A DNA stretch of 54,078 nt from an archaeon. Lineage in GTDB: Archaea; Nanobdellota; Nanobdellia; Pacearchaeales; GW2011-AR1. Positions 14,864 through 24,309 of this stretch are shown one piece after another (within the stretch, counting starts at the first letter, position 1; each line of letters opens with the position of its first letter). Location: assembly GCA_043810865.1 (NCBI GenBank), contig JBDRNS010000014.1, forward strand, positions 1 to 54,078, read 5' to 3'. The notes under the pieces were generated by a model, which worked only from the letters and a program-made list of their open reading frames with translations, was not told the origin of the DNA and did not search any database. The translations under genes were made by a program, and so were the position numbers.

Positions 14864-15523
14864 ATGGAGCCAAATCTTAAATTTGCAAGTGAGCAGAAAA
14901 AAGCACTCATTCTCCTTAAATTCACGGGCGAATTGATAAGAAATTCCGGCGGAGAAATTATTCGGCTTGAAAATGTTCTTGATGAAAAAAGTGAAGAAAA
15001 AGATGAGAAAAGAGAAGAGTCGAGAAAACTTACAGAAGTTCTGAAAAAGCCGCTGGAAAAAGAAATCAAAGAAGATATTTCTTCCGGACAAACCAATGAA
15101 ATTTTCAGGCAGTTTTTGAAGCAACATGCGGAAAAAAATCGCAAAGTTTTGAGAATTCCTGAGCCGAAAATTCCAAGACAATTTCAGTATCTAAAACCAA
15201 GTTCAGCAAATGCAGAAATTGATTTGGGAAAATTAAATTCCCTGATAAAAGATCCGTTAGTAAAATTAATAGAATGCAACGGGCCAAACAAAAATGTTCT
15301 TGTTATCGGAAATTTCGGGATAAAAAACACCGGAATTTTCCTGGACAAAAACGAGATTAACGATATTATAAAAAAGTTTTCGGTTGAAACAAAAATTCCT
15401 GTTCATGAGGGTGTTTTCAATGTAATCTTTGGAAAATTAATTTTCTCAGCGATTGTTTCCGAAGTCATTGGCTCGAAATTTATCATAAAGAAAATGACTT
15501 ACAGCCCTTATCCTGGGAGATAA
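14864..15523 (+). CDS. Protein resembling only the N-terminal domain of type II/IV secretion (FlaI/PilB/VirB11-like) ATPases
   Basis: LGKLNSLIKDPLVKLIECNGPNKNVLV...IFLDKNEINDIIKKFSVETKIPVHEG...KFIIKK follows the pattern of the T2SSE N-domain up to the point where Walker A would begin. The ORF stops there and abuts a convergent gene. Confidence 0.4.
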   Translation: MEPNLKFASEQKKALILLKFTGELIRNSGGEIIRLENVLDEKSEEKDEKREESRKLTEVLKKPLEKEIKEDISSGQTNEIFRQFLKQHAEKNRKVLRIPEPKIPRQFQYLKPSSANAEIDLGKLNSLIKDPLVKLIECNGPNKNVLVIGNFGIKNTGIFLDKNEINDIIKKFSVETKIPVHEGVFNVIFGKLIFSAIVSEVIGSKFIIKKMTYSPYPGR

Positions 15524-17008
15524 TCATATTTCATAACTTCCAATCAAATTATCTATTTTTTCATATTCCCTATTTCTTTCAGAAAGCGAATTAACCAAGT
15601 CCTTCAGCCATTTGTTTTTGTCTGCTTCTATTTTTTCCCTGAGCTCATTTTCAGATAAAGACAAATCATAAGTGTGTTCAACCCAGTAATTTCCTATTTC
15701 AAATCTTACGACAATTCCATTGTCCTGCTTTTCTGCTGAGGTTATTTCAACTGAAGAGTTTCCAAACTCATCAAGGAGAATATTTTTTTCCGAGTCAGTC
15801 AGGATGTATTCAGGGATTTCCAGAGTTTTTTCCGGTTTTGATTCATTTAAGGTTTTGTTAATGCTTTCATTTAAAATTTCACTTTCAGTTGTTGCATTAA
15901 CCTCTCCTTGCTGAAGCGAAGTTGTAACTGAACTTATTTCCTGATTATCATAAACCAAAGTTATTTTTAATTCTCCTTCCGGAAAAACAAGATTAAGATT
16001 TGAGAGAATTACAGGTAACTTTTTTTCACTTGTTCCGAGATATTCCTCTCCGAAACCTGTTTCTCCATCTGAATAATCTGTTGTTACTGTAACCTCATTT
16101 CCGTTTAAAATCAGATTAACGTCGCTGTCGGATAAATCAGAGAAAGATGTTTTCACGCTTCCGGAAACAATTTCAGCTGTTTCGCCGTTGCTGAGAGTGT
16201 AAGTAAATGGGTTGTCTCTTGAAGTTCTGCCTTCAATAGTTGTTTCAAGATTCAGAACAGCGTTTCCTGTCAGACCGCGGAATGAATTGAAAATTTTAAT
16301 AACACCTGCTGTAATTATGTTTTCTGTTTCCGGTTGAGGGTTTTCTTCCACAGGTTGTTCAGCAGGAATTGCTTCTGGGTTTGTTTCTTCTGCAGTTGTT
16401 TCAGGAGAAGAATCTTCTGCTGGAATTGTTTCTTCAACAGGTTCTTCTGAAGGAATTATTTCTTCTGTATTTTCTGTGTTTTCCTGAGGAGTAATTTCTT
16501 CCTGGACAGAAGTTTCGTTATTGCTTTCCGACTCATTGCTAATTTCAGTATTGTTTTCAGGAGTTGTTTCATTAGTGCTTGCTTCAGGAATATTTTCTTC
16601 TACAGAACTGGGTTCAGTATTTTCGCTGTCTGAAAAAATTTTCATTGCGAAGTATACTTCTTCAGAGTCCTTTGTTCCTTCAATTCCAAAACCATTACCA
16701 TTTCCAGATAATGAAATTCCTTCAAGATAAAAATCTCCTGAAACAGGAGCTTCAGAAAGAACATCTCCCAAATTATATTCGTATTTTTCTCCGTTAGTTT
16801 CGAAAATTATCTTTGATGATGCAGGAATCAATTCCCCTTCTTTTAAAACAAGGTTCAGATTTCCGTTGAGCGGCTGCCCTTCCTCGTAAACAGAATTAAA
16901 GTTCATCGCAACTTTCCCTGTAATGTTAAAGAAAGGCAGAAAATAAATTAATGAAAATACAACAAATACTCCGAGCAAAACCAAAACAAGTTCTCCTGTT
17001 TTTTTCAT
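15524..17008 (-). CDS. Surface/secreted protein with N-terminal hydrophobic anchor and E/T/P-rich linker
   Basis: MKKTGELVLVLLGVFVVFSLIYF N-terminus and a long acidic low-complexity linker (nt ~16300-16640). Confidence 0.6.
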   Translation of the reverse strand: MKKTGELVLVLLGVFVVFSLIYFLPFFNITGKVAMNFNSVYEEGQPLNGNLNLVLKEGELIPASSKIIFETNGEKYEYNLGDVLSEAPVSGDFYLEGISLSGNGNGFGIEGTKDSEEVYFAMKIFSDSENTEPSSVEENIPEASTNETTPENNTEISNESESNNETSVQEEITPQENTENTEEIIPSEEPVEETIPAEDSSPETTAEETNPEAIPAEQPVEENPQPETENIITAGVIKIFNSFRGLTGNAVLNLETTIEGRTSRDNPFTYTLSNGETAEIVSGSVKTSFSDLSDSDVNLILNGNEVTVTTDYSDGETGFGEEYLGTSEKKLPVILSNLNLVFPEGELKITLVYDNQEISSVTTSLQQGEVNATTESEILNESINKTLNESKPEKTLEIPEYILTDSEKNILLDEFGNSSVEITSAEKQDNGIVVRFEIGNYWVEHTYDLSLSENELREKIEADKNKWLKDLVNSLSERNREYEKIDNLIGSYEI

Positions 17009-17058
17009 CTTATCCTCTTTTATTTTAATGAGAAAGAAATGTATATAAATTTTCCTAA

Positions 17059-17334
17059 TTAATTGTTTTGAGGATTTTCAAAAAGTTCTGGTGGTAAACA
17101 TTCCACGGCAACCACATTCATCGTTTGGTTTCCGAATGTCAAAGGGACGGGCTGGCATTTTGCAGCTTCAAGCATTATTGAATAAACAGCATACTGGACC
17201 CCCTGATTTTGCGCGTTAATCGCATAACCGCTTATTGCGGGCTTCAAGGCAAATGAATAAACAACCAAACCACCAAGAAGCAAAACGAGCAAAACCAAAA
17301 TGCCAATAATCAATCCCCTTTTGTTTTCTTTCAT
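17059..17334 (-). CDS. Small protein with possible class III (pilin-like) signal peptide
   Basis: MKENKRG-LIIGILVLLVLLLGGLVVY: a K/R-G followed by a ~20-aa hydrophobic stretch, as in archaeal prepilins. Two Cys in the mature part. Confidence 0.5.
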   Translation of the reverse strand: MKENKRGLIIGILVLLVLLLGGLVVYSFALKPAISGYAINAQNQGVQYAVYSIMLEAAKCQPVPLTFGNQTMNVVAVECLPPELFENPQNN

Positions 17335-17368
17335 TTTATTTTTATGCTTATGTTATTTAAAAATGTTT

Positions 17369-18037
17369 TCAATTTGTTATTTCGAGCAGAGTTGAAATGT
17401 CCCTGAATGAAGTGTCTGATTTTGCATAAACAGAAATCACGTCGCCGGGCTGGAAAGTTACAACTCCCTCTGACTGCGTGTCAAAATCATTTTTTACTCC
17501 TGTTCCTGAAAAAGAATTCTCAAATCCCAATGCTTTGCCATTTTTGAATATTATAATTTCAACGTTTCCTTCCTTGGTAATCTCAATATTTGTTGAAATC
17601 CCTGTTATGCTTCCTGCTCTCAGCATTACATAGCCCCTTTCCAAATCGCCACTTACACCTGTCGATGTTTTAAGGAAAAGTGATTCGTTGCTTTCTCCGT
17701 CGAAACCGAAGTTAAGGAGAGAGACAGAAGAACTTTGCTGCGAGATTTTTTTGTAATTTTCATTTGAAAGTGTTACTACAAAGACAGATTTGTTGCCGAT
17801 AGTTTCAACTTTGTAAAGAGCGAGATTTGTATCGTCGATGTTTTGGAGATTTATTTCTTTCGGAAGATTGCTGAAATCAACCTGCGAAACATTTGAGATT
17901 TCATTCTCATTTATTCCTTTTTTTCCCGCGACTTTCTTGACAAAGTTTTGCACATCCGAGCTTAATTGCTCTGCGAAAACACCTGAAATCATCAGGAAAA
18001 TCAGTGCAAATCCAATCAGGAAAAAACCTCTTTTCAT
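17369..18037 (-). CDS. Secreted/anchored protein with possible class III signal peptide
   Basis: MKRG-FFLIGFALIFLMISGVFA N-terminus; the remainder is beta-rich. Confidence 0.55.
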   Translation of the reverse strand: MKRGFFLIGFALIFLMISGVFAEQLSSDVQNFVKKVAGKKGINENEISNVSQVDFSNLPKEINLQNIDDTNLALYKVETIGNKSVFVVTLSNENYKKISQQSSSVSLLNFGFDGESNESLFLKTSTGVSGDLERGYVMLRAGSITGISTNIEITKEGNVEIIIFKNGKALGFENSFSGTGVKNDFDTQSEGVVTFQPGDVISVYAKSDTSFRDISTLLEITN

Positions 18038-18087
18038 TTCTTTTTTAAGATAGCAATATATTTAAAAGTTTCTTCCCGGAAAGTGGG

Positions 18088-18369
18088 ATGGAAAAAGAAA
18101 TCACAAAAGAAAAACTTGAGAAATATTTTAGTTTGACTTCGGAAGCACTTGCGAAAGTTAAGAAAAAAATTATCATGGGAAATGAGAAAGAGGCAAAAGA
18201 AATAATTGAAATGGCTTCAAATTATCTTTCTGATGCGAGGCATTTTGAGAAAAAAAGCGATTTTGTAAACGCGTTTGCCGCGCTGAATTACGCGCACGGC
18301 TGGCTTGATTCCGGCGTTAGATTAGGAATTTTTGATGTTGATGATGACAGGTTGTTTACTGTGAGATAA
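18088..18369 (+). CDS. DUF357-like small archaeal protein
   Basis: ASNYLSDARHF...AFAALNYAHGWLDSGVRLG matches the conserved YAHGWLD core I associate with the DUF357 family. Confidence 0.55.
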   Translation: MEKEITKEKLEKYFSLTSEALAKVKKKIIMGNEKEAKEIIEMASNYLSDARHFEKKSDFVNAFAALNYAHGWLDSGVRLGIFDVDDDRLFTVR

Positions 18370-18422
18370 TTCTCTATAGATTAATTCTTAATCTTTATAA
18401 AGCTTATTTTTAGTGTAATTTT

Positions 18423-19625
18423 ATGGGTTTAGTAAAAATAATTAATGATTGGGTTAGAAGACCAAATGAAATGCTCCTCTCTCAAAGAATTAAAGCATCA
18501 AAACCACCAGTAGACAGAAGAGTTTTTTATTTTACCGAGACATTTTATAGTGAGGAATTGAGTGAAGAACAAATTGCTGGAATAAGAAGTGAATTAAAAG
18601 TTGATAGCCCTGTTACTATAATAAATTTAGATAAATTGGATGTTCTTATACACACAACACCTACAGGAGTAGTAATTAACTCTCTTGATGCTGAAAAAGA
18701 TTCTAAACTTGTAAGATTAGTTAGAACTTTATGCTCTCCAAGAGAAATTCCTGTAATTTTTTATGATGGTTCTCCAGGTGAAATAAGAAGAGTTCATAAC
18801 AATTGGAGAGATTTATTGGATTCTGATGAGGTTAAATGGTTTATATCTTATCGTGAGTTAATAGATGAAAAATCTCTAAGATTAAATGAGTTAGTTGATC
18901 AGGAGGGATATGAAAGGACAAGGAGAGCAGATTTATCTCAAGCAAATAAAGAATATGACCCAAGAAAGCTTGAAGCCAAATGCAAAAAAGCATTTGAAAA
19001 ACTTAGAAATTCTAGAAAATATCCCGAAATTGTTGAAAATCGTGAAGATGAAGTTAAAAAACTTATTGAAGAATATAATAAACGACTAGCAGAATATCTT
19101 CTTGCCGGAAGAAGATTGCCAGTTCCATTAGGCTCTATAGATGGGGAGCGTATAAATGTAAGAAAAGGATATTTTATAAGAGAGGGACATTATGCTACCC
19201 AGAATTTTAGGATTTTACCTCAAGAAAAACCCCCTTACTTTGTAAACACACAAAGTCCAGGTCAAGAAGTTAGAGATTATCAAGTACGATGCGCATTTTG
19301 CAATAATTCTATTTTTCCAAATAAACCCAAATCAAAAAGGAATGGAACTAAAAATCTATTTGTCTGGCCATCCTTTTCGTTCAAGGATTATCATAATTTA
19401 TGCAATTCAGAAGGATGTAAGGAACTTTTCTCGGGATTATGTATAGATGCGATGATGAAAGAGATAAAAATAAATAGATGGTATCTTAAGAGAAAATTAG
19501 AATTATATTCTAAATTGGAAGGGAGAAAAATAACTGAAGGGCAAGTTCCCATGTATGAACATATGATTCAAGAAGAAGTTATTAGAAGATTTAAAAAAAT
19601 TTTTGACAGAGAAGTAGTAGAATAA
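18423..19625 (+). CDS. Orphan 400-aa protein with C-terminal Cys cluster
   Basis: VRCAFCNN...YHNLCNSEGCKELFSGLC suggests a zinc-binding module. More AT-rich than its neighbours: about 32% GC in the first 120 nt, versus about 43% in pyrG. Confidence 0.55.
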   Translation: MGLVKIINDWVRRPNEMLLSQRIKASKPPVDRRVFYFTETFYSEELSEEQIAGIRSELKVDSPVTIINLDKLDVLIHTTPTGVVINSLDAEKDSKLVRLVRTLCSPREIPVIFYDGSPGEIRRVHNNWRDLLDSDEVKWFISYRELIDEKSLRLNELVDQEGYERTRRADLSQANKEYDPRKLEAKCKKAFEKLRNSRKYPEIVENREDEVKKLIEEYNKRLAEYLLAGRRLPVPLGSIDGERINVRKGYFIREGHYATQNFRILPQEKPPYFVNTQSPGQEVRDYQVRCAFCNNSIFPNKPKSKRNGTKNLFVWPSFSFKDYHNLCNSEGCKELFSGLCIDAMMKEIKINRWYLKRKLELYSKLEGRKITEGQVPMYEHMIQEEVIRRFKKIFDREVVE

Positions 19626-19678
19626 TTACTGTAAAATAGCACATAAATTCTTTTAAAGAAATTCCTTTTATTTTATTC

Positions 19679-21274
19679 ATGAAGAGGAAATACGTCGTTA
19701 TCACCGGCGGTGTTCTTTCCGGCTTGGGAAAAGGGATTGCAATCGCGAGTATCGGAAATATTCTTTCTTCGACATACAAAGTTGTTCCTGTTAAGTGTGA
19801 TGGTTATTTGAATGTTGATCCCGGGACGATGAATCCATTTGAGCACGGCGAGGTTTTTGTTCTCGACGACGGGGGGGAGGTCGACATGGACTTCGGGCAT
19901 TACGAAAGATTTTTGGGAGTAAACTGCAAATCGCACTGGAATTTGACTATGGGAAAAGTTTTCGAGGAAATAAGAAAAAAAGAGAGGACAGGAGATTATC
20001 TCGGGCGAACTGTGCAGATGATTCCACATGTTTCAAATTTTATAAAAAATTATTTCAAGGGCATCGGAGAGGAAACAAATGCTGATGTTGTTTTGATAGA
20101 AATCGGCGGAACTGTTGGGGATTTGGAAAATGAACTTTTTATCGAGGCGACGAGAGGACTTAAACAGGAAGCAGGAGAGGGGAATGTTATTTTTATTCAT
20201 CTCACGTATGTTCCGATTCCAAACGGCGTCGGAGAGCAGAAATCAAAACCGACGCAACAGAGCATAAGTTTGCTTAGGCAAAGAGGAATTGAGCCGGACA
20301 TAATAATCGGAAGATGCAAGGAAATGCTAAGTGATGAAGTGAAGAAAAAAATTGCATTGAGCAGCAACATAAACAAAGAAGATGTAATAACCGGATTGGA
20401 TGTTGACAATGTTTACAAAATTCCGCTGGTTTTTGAGGAGCAGGGATTGTCGCAGCTGCTTGCAAGAAAACTTAATCTTCTGATAAAGCCAAACATGGAG
20501 ACGTGGAAAAAACTTATTGAAAACAGAGAGAATGCAAAAAAAGAAATCACAATCGCTGTTGCGGGGAAATACACTTCGCTGGAGGACTCTTATGCAAGCA
20601 TAATAGAAGCACTGCATCATTGCGAAGCGCATTTTTCAACAAAAGTAAAAATAAAACTTGTTGAAACAACAAATGAAGAAATTGATTTTCAGGGAATTTC
20701 AGGAGTGATTGTTCCGGGAGGATTCGGAGCGAGAGGAACAGAGGGGAAAATAAAAGCGATTGAAAAATGCAGGAAAGAAAAAATTCCGTTCCTTGGACTT
20801 TGTTATGGCTTGCAAATGTCTGTGATTGAATTCGCAAGGAATGTTTGCGGGCAGAAAAATGCAAACACGACAGAAGTTGAGGAGAATGCAGAAAATCCTG
20901 TGATTGATTTTCTTGACGAGCAGAAAAATGTCAAGGAAAAAGGCGGGACAATGCGCCTCGGCGCTTACCCTGCTATAATAAAAGAAAACACAATTGTAAA
21001 TTCTTTGTATAACTCAAAAATTGTTTCTGAGAGGCATCGGCACAGGTATGAAGTAAATCCGAATTATCACAAGATTCTTGAAGAGAACGGAATGATTTTT
21101 TCAGGTATGTCTCCCGACGGGAAACTTGTTGAATTTATTGAGCTGAAAGAGCATCCTTTTTTTGTTGCAACGCAGGCGCATCCTGAACTTAAAAGCAGTT
21201 TGACAAATCCCGCGCCGTTGTTCAGGGGATTTGTTGATGCGGCGATAAAATATTCTGAAAAGTTTGTTTCATAA
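19679..21274 (+). CDS. pyrG: CTP synthase
   Basis: VTGGVLSGLGKGI synthetase N-terminus. GATase domain with GLCYGLQ and HRHRYEVN. Confidence 0.9.
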   Translation: MKRKYVVITGGVLSGLGKGIAIASIGNILSSTYKVVPVKCDGYLNVDPGTMNPFEHGEVFVLDDGGEVDMDFGHYERFLGVNCKSHWNLTMGKVFEEIRKKERTGDYLGRTVQMIPHVSNFIKNYFKGIGEETNADVVLIEIGGTVGDLENELFIEATRGLKQEAGEGNVIFIHLTYVPIPNGVGEQKSKPTQQSISLLRQRGIEPDIIIGRCKEMLSDEVKKKIALSSNINKEDVITGLDVDNVYKIPLVFEEQGLSQLLARKLNLLIKPNMETWKKLIENRENAKKEITIAVAGKYTSLEDSYASIIEALHHCEAHFSTKVKIKLVETTNEEIDFQGISGVIVPGGFGARGTEGKIKAIEKCRKEKIPFLGLCYGLQMSVIEFARNVCGQKNANTTEVEENAENPVIDFLDEQKNVKEKGGTMRLGAYPAIIKENTIVNSLYNSKIVSERHRHRYEVNPNYHKILEENGMIFSGMSPDGKLVEFIELKEHPFFVATQAHPELKSSLTNPAPLFRGFVDAAIKYSEKFVS

Positions 21275-21305
21275 TATTTATAAATGCAATTTTTTCTTTC
21301 ATAAA

Positions 21306-21740
21306 ATGGGTAGAAGAATAAATATAGATGGTGAAACATCTAGACAAGTCAAGCAAGAATCTTTCGCAGATCTAAATTTTGCAGATAAAGTAATTTATAG
21401 AATGGCAGAAAAGCATAGCGCAGCATATCATTTTATTTTAGGTTTAACAATTGATAGGAAAGATCCTGTAGAAATGAATTTGGCTCTTAGAACAGGAGCA
21501 GCAGTTTACCGTGCAATAGAAATACAAGCAGAGAAGGAGGGCATTACTCTTCCTTCAGATCTAGAATCTACTCTAAACCTAACAAGAAAGGATTTTAATG
21601 TAACACGAGGTAGGGTTGAAGATCCAGAATTAACTAATCTTATAGAAGATATCAAAGATGGAACAGGATCTAATTACGGAGAAACATTATCAGAAGTCGT
21701 ATCTGGATTGTATCATATGCTTGCATATAATGAAAGTTAG
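21306..21740 (+). CDS. Orphan protein, unknown function
   Basis: Start trimmed to ATG 21306 (MGRRINIDG...). No motif recognised. Confidence 0.5.
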   Translation: MGRRINIDGETSRQVKQESFADLNFADKVIYRMAEKHSAAYHFILGLTIDRKDPVEMNLALRTGAAVYRAIEIQAEKEGITLPSDLESTLNLTRKDFNVTRGRVEDPELTNLIEDIKDGTGSNYGETLSEVVSGLYHMLAYNES

Positions 21741-21761
21741 AATTATTTTCAGAGAAAAATA

Positions 21762-22538
21762 TTATTTAACAACAAACCAAGGATTCAGCAAATTTTCCTT
21801 GTTGTAAATTAGTTCTTCATCTTTGCCGTATTGATAAACTTTTTTTCCGGCGGCGTTAACAATTGCGTGCGCTGCTGCAGTATCCCACTCAGAAGTCAAG
21901 CCGAGGCGAGGATAAATATCTGCTTTTCCTTCTGCTACAAGGCAAAATTTCAAAGAACTCCCGACATTTGCAAGTCCAACTTCATTTTCTTTTTCCAAAC
22001 CAGAGATAAAGTTCTCTGTTTCCTTGTTCATGTGATTTTTGCTGGCAACAACAATCAGTTTGTTTCTTTTACCATAGTTAATAGGAATTTTAATTGGTCT
22101 TTCATCTTGAACCTGCTTGAATGCCCCGTTATTATCTGCATAATAGCAAATATCTTTTACAGGAACATAAACAACTCCCAATATTGGCTTGCGATTTTTT
22201 ATCAGGGCAATATTAACTGTGAATTCTCCGGATTTTTTTATAAATTCTTTTGTGCCATCAAGAGGATCAACCAGCCAGAAAATTTCCCAGTTTTTTCTTT
22301 CTTCGTAAGAAATTTTCTTGCTTTCTTCTGATAGAAAAGGAATTTCAGGATACAACTCTTGCAGTTCATTTGCAATTATTTCATTTGAATTTTTGTCTGC
22401 CTGTGTAAGTGGAGAAGTTCCTTCCTTAAATGTCTCGTCTTTTTTGTATTCAACATCAAAGTCAGATTTGTAAACTTCAAGAATTGCCTCGCCTGCTTTT
22501 TTTGCGATGCCGATTATTTTTCCAATATCAATATCCAT
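21762..22538 (-). CDS. cysQ: 3'(2'),5'-bisphosphate nucleotidase / inositol monophosphatase family
   Basis: FLSEES, WLVDPLDGTKEFI and WDTAAAHAIV motifs. Confidence 0.8.
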   Translation of the reverse strand: MDIDIGKIIGIAKKAGEAILEVYKSDFDVEYKKDETFKEGTSPLTQADKNSNEIIANELQELYPEIPFLSEESKKISYEERKNWEIFWLVDPLDGTKEFIKKSGEFTVNIALIKNRKPILGVVYVPVKDICYYADNNGAFKQVQDERPIKIPINYGKRNKLIVVASKNHMNKETENFISGLEKENEVGLANVGSSLKFCLVAEGKADIYPRLGLTSEWDTAAAHAIVNAAGKKVYQYGKDEELIYNKENLLNPWFVVK

Positions 22539-22633
22539 AAGAAAGTTTTAATTTTGTTGCTTATAAAATTTTGTAAATTGTATACTTTAGCATCATAATG
22601 TTTATAAATGTCATTTTTTAGTAAAGACATATA

Positions 22634-23557
22634 ATGCACATTATTAAATTTTGTCGTTCTTTATGTCTGCGTGAAAAGGGAATTTACGAAAGCAGAGGAG
22701 CAAATGTTGTCACGGAATTTCCCGGAGCAGTTGTAACTCCTATGCACAAAGTTGCGGGAGAAAACCATGTTCTTTATGGTTCAAAGCCGGTTCTTTATGA
22801 CTTGGAAACTAAAAAAGTAAGATTTCTAACAGCTCATGAAACATATACAAAAGAAAAAGTTGATGCATTGCTTTCAATTCCAAGATATCTTGCTGTGGGT
22901 GCAGATTCCGCGCTTGATGCCAAGGGATCAACATTGGGAATAACTTCCTTAATGTTTAGAGAAAGGGATAATAATCTTAAAATGCTTGCAGAAGGGTTAT
23001 TCAGGAAAGGGTATGAGGAAGTTGTTCTTTTTGCAAATAATGGTATTGGAAATGATACGACAGAAGAATCTGATGAAGACGGTGTTATAAGAGATGAGCA
23101 CGGAATTGCATATGCCACAAGAGTTAAAGGAAAAAGAGAAGATTCTTATCAGAAGGGGATTCTAACAACACTTCAAAATGCTCCACATGACCACATGCAT
23201 GTTCTTACAATAGGGAAAGATAGTGGCTTGGAAGTCATGCTTAATGGTGTTCTTGGTTCTATAAGCCAGGGCAAAACAGTGGAAGATTTACAGGCATTCC
23301 GAGAGACATTCCGACAGATGGAAAAAGAAAATTCAGGAACATATCTCTCTGCAATTTCTGTAGGAGTTATAACACCAGAAAACATAGATGGAAATTTAAT
23401 ATTTACGCACTATCATTTTAGAAACCCCCAGAATCTTGCAGGAATAGCAAGAACTACTGTTGCAAGTTACAATATGGCAACAGGACTTAATGTTGAAGAC
23501 AAATCTGTGAAGGAACACCTCTTAAGAAAAACTGCAGAAACTTATGCTTCTTTTTAG
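22634..23557 (+). CDS. Orphan 307-aa protein, unknown function
   Basis: Long ORF with no motif recognised. The true start may be an internal Met. Confidence 0.5.
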   Translation: MHIIKFCRSLCLREKGIYESRGANVVTEFPGAVVTPMHKVAGENHVLYGSKPVLYDLETKKVRFLTAHETYTKEKVDALLSIPRYLAVGADSALDAKGSTLGITSLMFRERDNNLKMLAEGLFRKGYEEVVLFANNGIGNDTTEESDEDGVIRDEHGIAYATRVKGKREDSYQKGILTTLQNAPHDHMHVLTIGKDSGLEVMLNGVLGSISQGKTVEDLQAFRETFRQMEKENSGTYLSAISVGVITPENIDGNLIFTHYHFRNPQNLAGIARTTVASYNMATGLNVEDKSVKEHLLRKTAETYASF

Positions 23558-23616
23558 TTCACATTTTATGTAACTAAATACTCAAGTTTTAAATATATAT
23601 TTTCATTTGACATATT

Positions 23617-24309
23617 ATGAAAAAAGAGATTATTGTTTTAAGTTTGGGTGGGAGTTTGATAATTCCCGACGAGATAAATTTGGAATACCTAAAAAAATTC
23701 AGAAAAGTTATCAGAAAAAATACAAGGAAATACCAATTTATTATTGTTTGTGGTGGGGGAAATATTGCGCGAAAATATATTTCTGCACTGAGAGAATCAG
23801 GAATCAGCGAGGAACTTCAGAGTTTTGCGGGAATTTCAGCGACGAGAACAAATGCGAGATTCATGAGTTATTTTTTCAACCAGAATCCAAAGAGTGGAAT
23901 TCCGCAAAAAATGGAAAATGTAAAGAAATATCTGAGAAAACAAAATATTGTTTTTTGCGGTGCGCTGGATTACAAGCCGAAGCAAACATCTGACTCAACA
24001 TCTGCCCAGATTGCAGAACATTTGAAAACAAGATTCATCAATCTCACAGACGTAAAAGGATTGTATGATAAAAATCCGAAGCAATTTAGAAATGCAAGAT
24101 TAATTTCCAAAATTTCATGGAAAGATCTTTATAAAATGGCAAGAAAAATAAAATACAAACCAGGACAGCATTTTGTTCTTGATCAGAATGCTGCAAAAAT
24201 AATCATGAACAAAAAAATCCCAACTTATATTATGGGAAATGATTTAAAGCAACTTGATAATCTTTTAAATGGGAGAAAATTTATGGGGACTATAATAGGC
24301 GAGCAATAG
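23617..24309 (+). CDS. pyrH: UMP kinase (archaeal type)
   Basis: Amino-acid-kinase fold signatures VLSLGGSLI and VCGGGNIAR. Length of 230 aa is typical of archaeal PyrH. Confidence 0.8.
   Translation: MKKEIIVLSLGGSLIIPDEINLEYLKKFRKVIRKNTRKYQFIIVCGGGNIARKYISALRESGISEELQSFAGISATRTNARFMSYFFNQNPKSGIPQKMENVKKYLRKQNIVFCGALDYKPKQTSDSTSAQIAEHLKTRFINLTDVKGLYDKNPKQFRNARLISKISWKDLYKMARKIKYKPGQHFVLDQNAAKIIMNKKIPTYIMGNDLKQLDNLLNGRKFMGTIIGEQ

Noticed and set aside
23607-23993. 128-aa ORF in an alternative frame within pyrH
   Set aside because: It overlaps the well-supported UMP kinase frame and its Cys/Lys-rich translation has no motifs.
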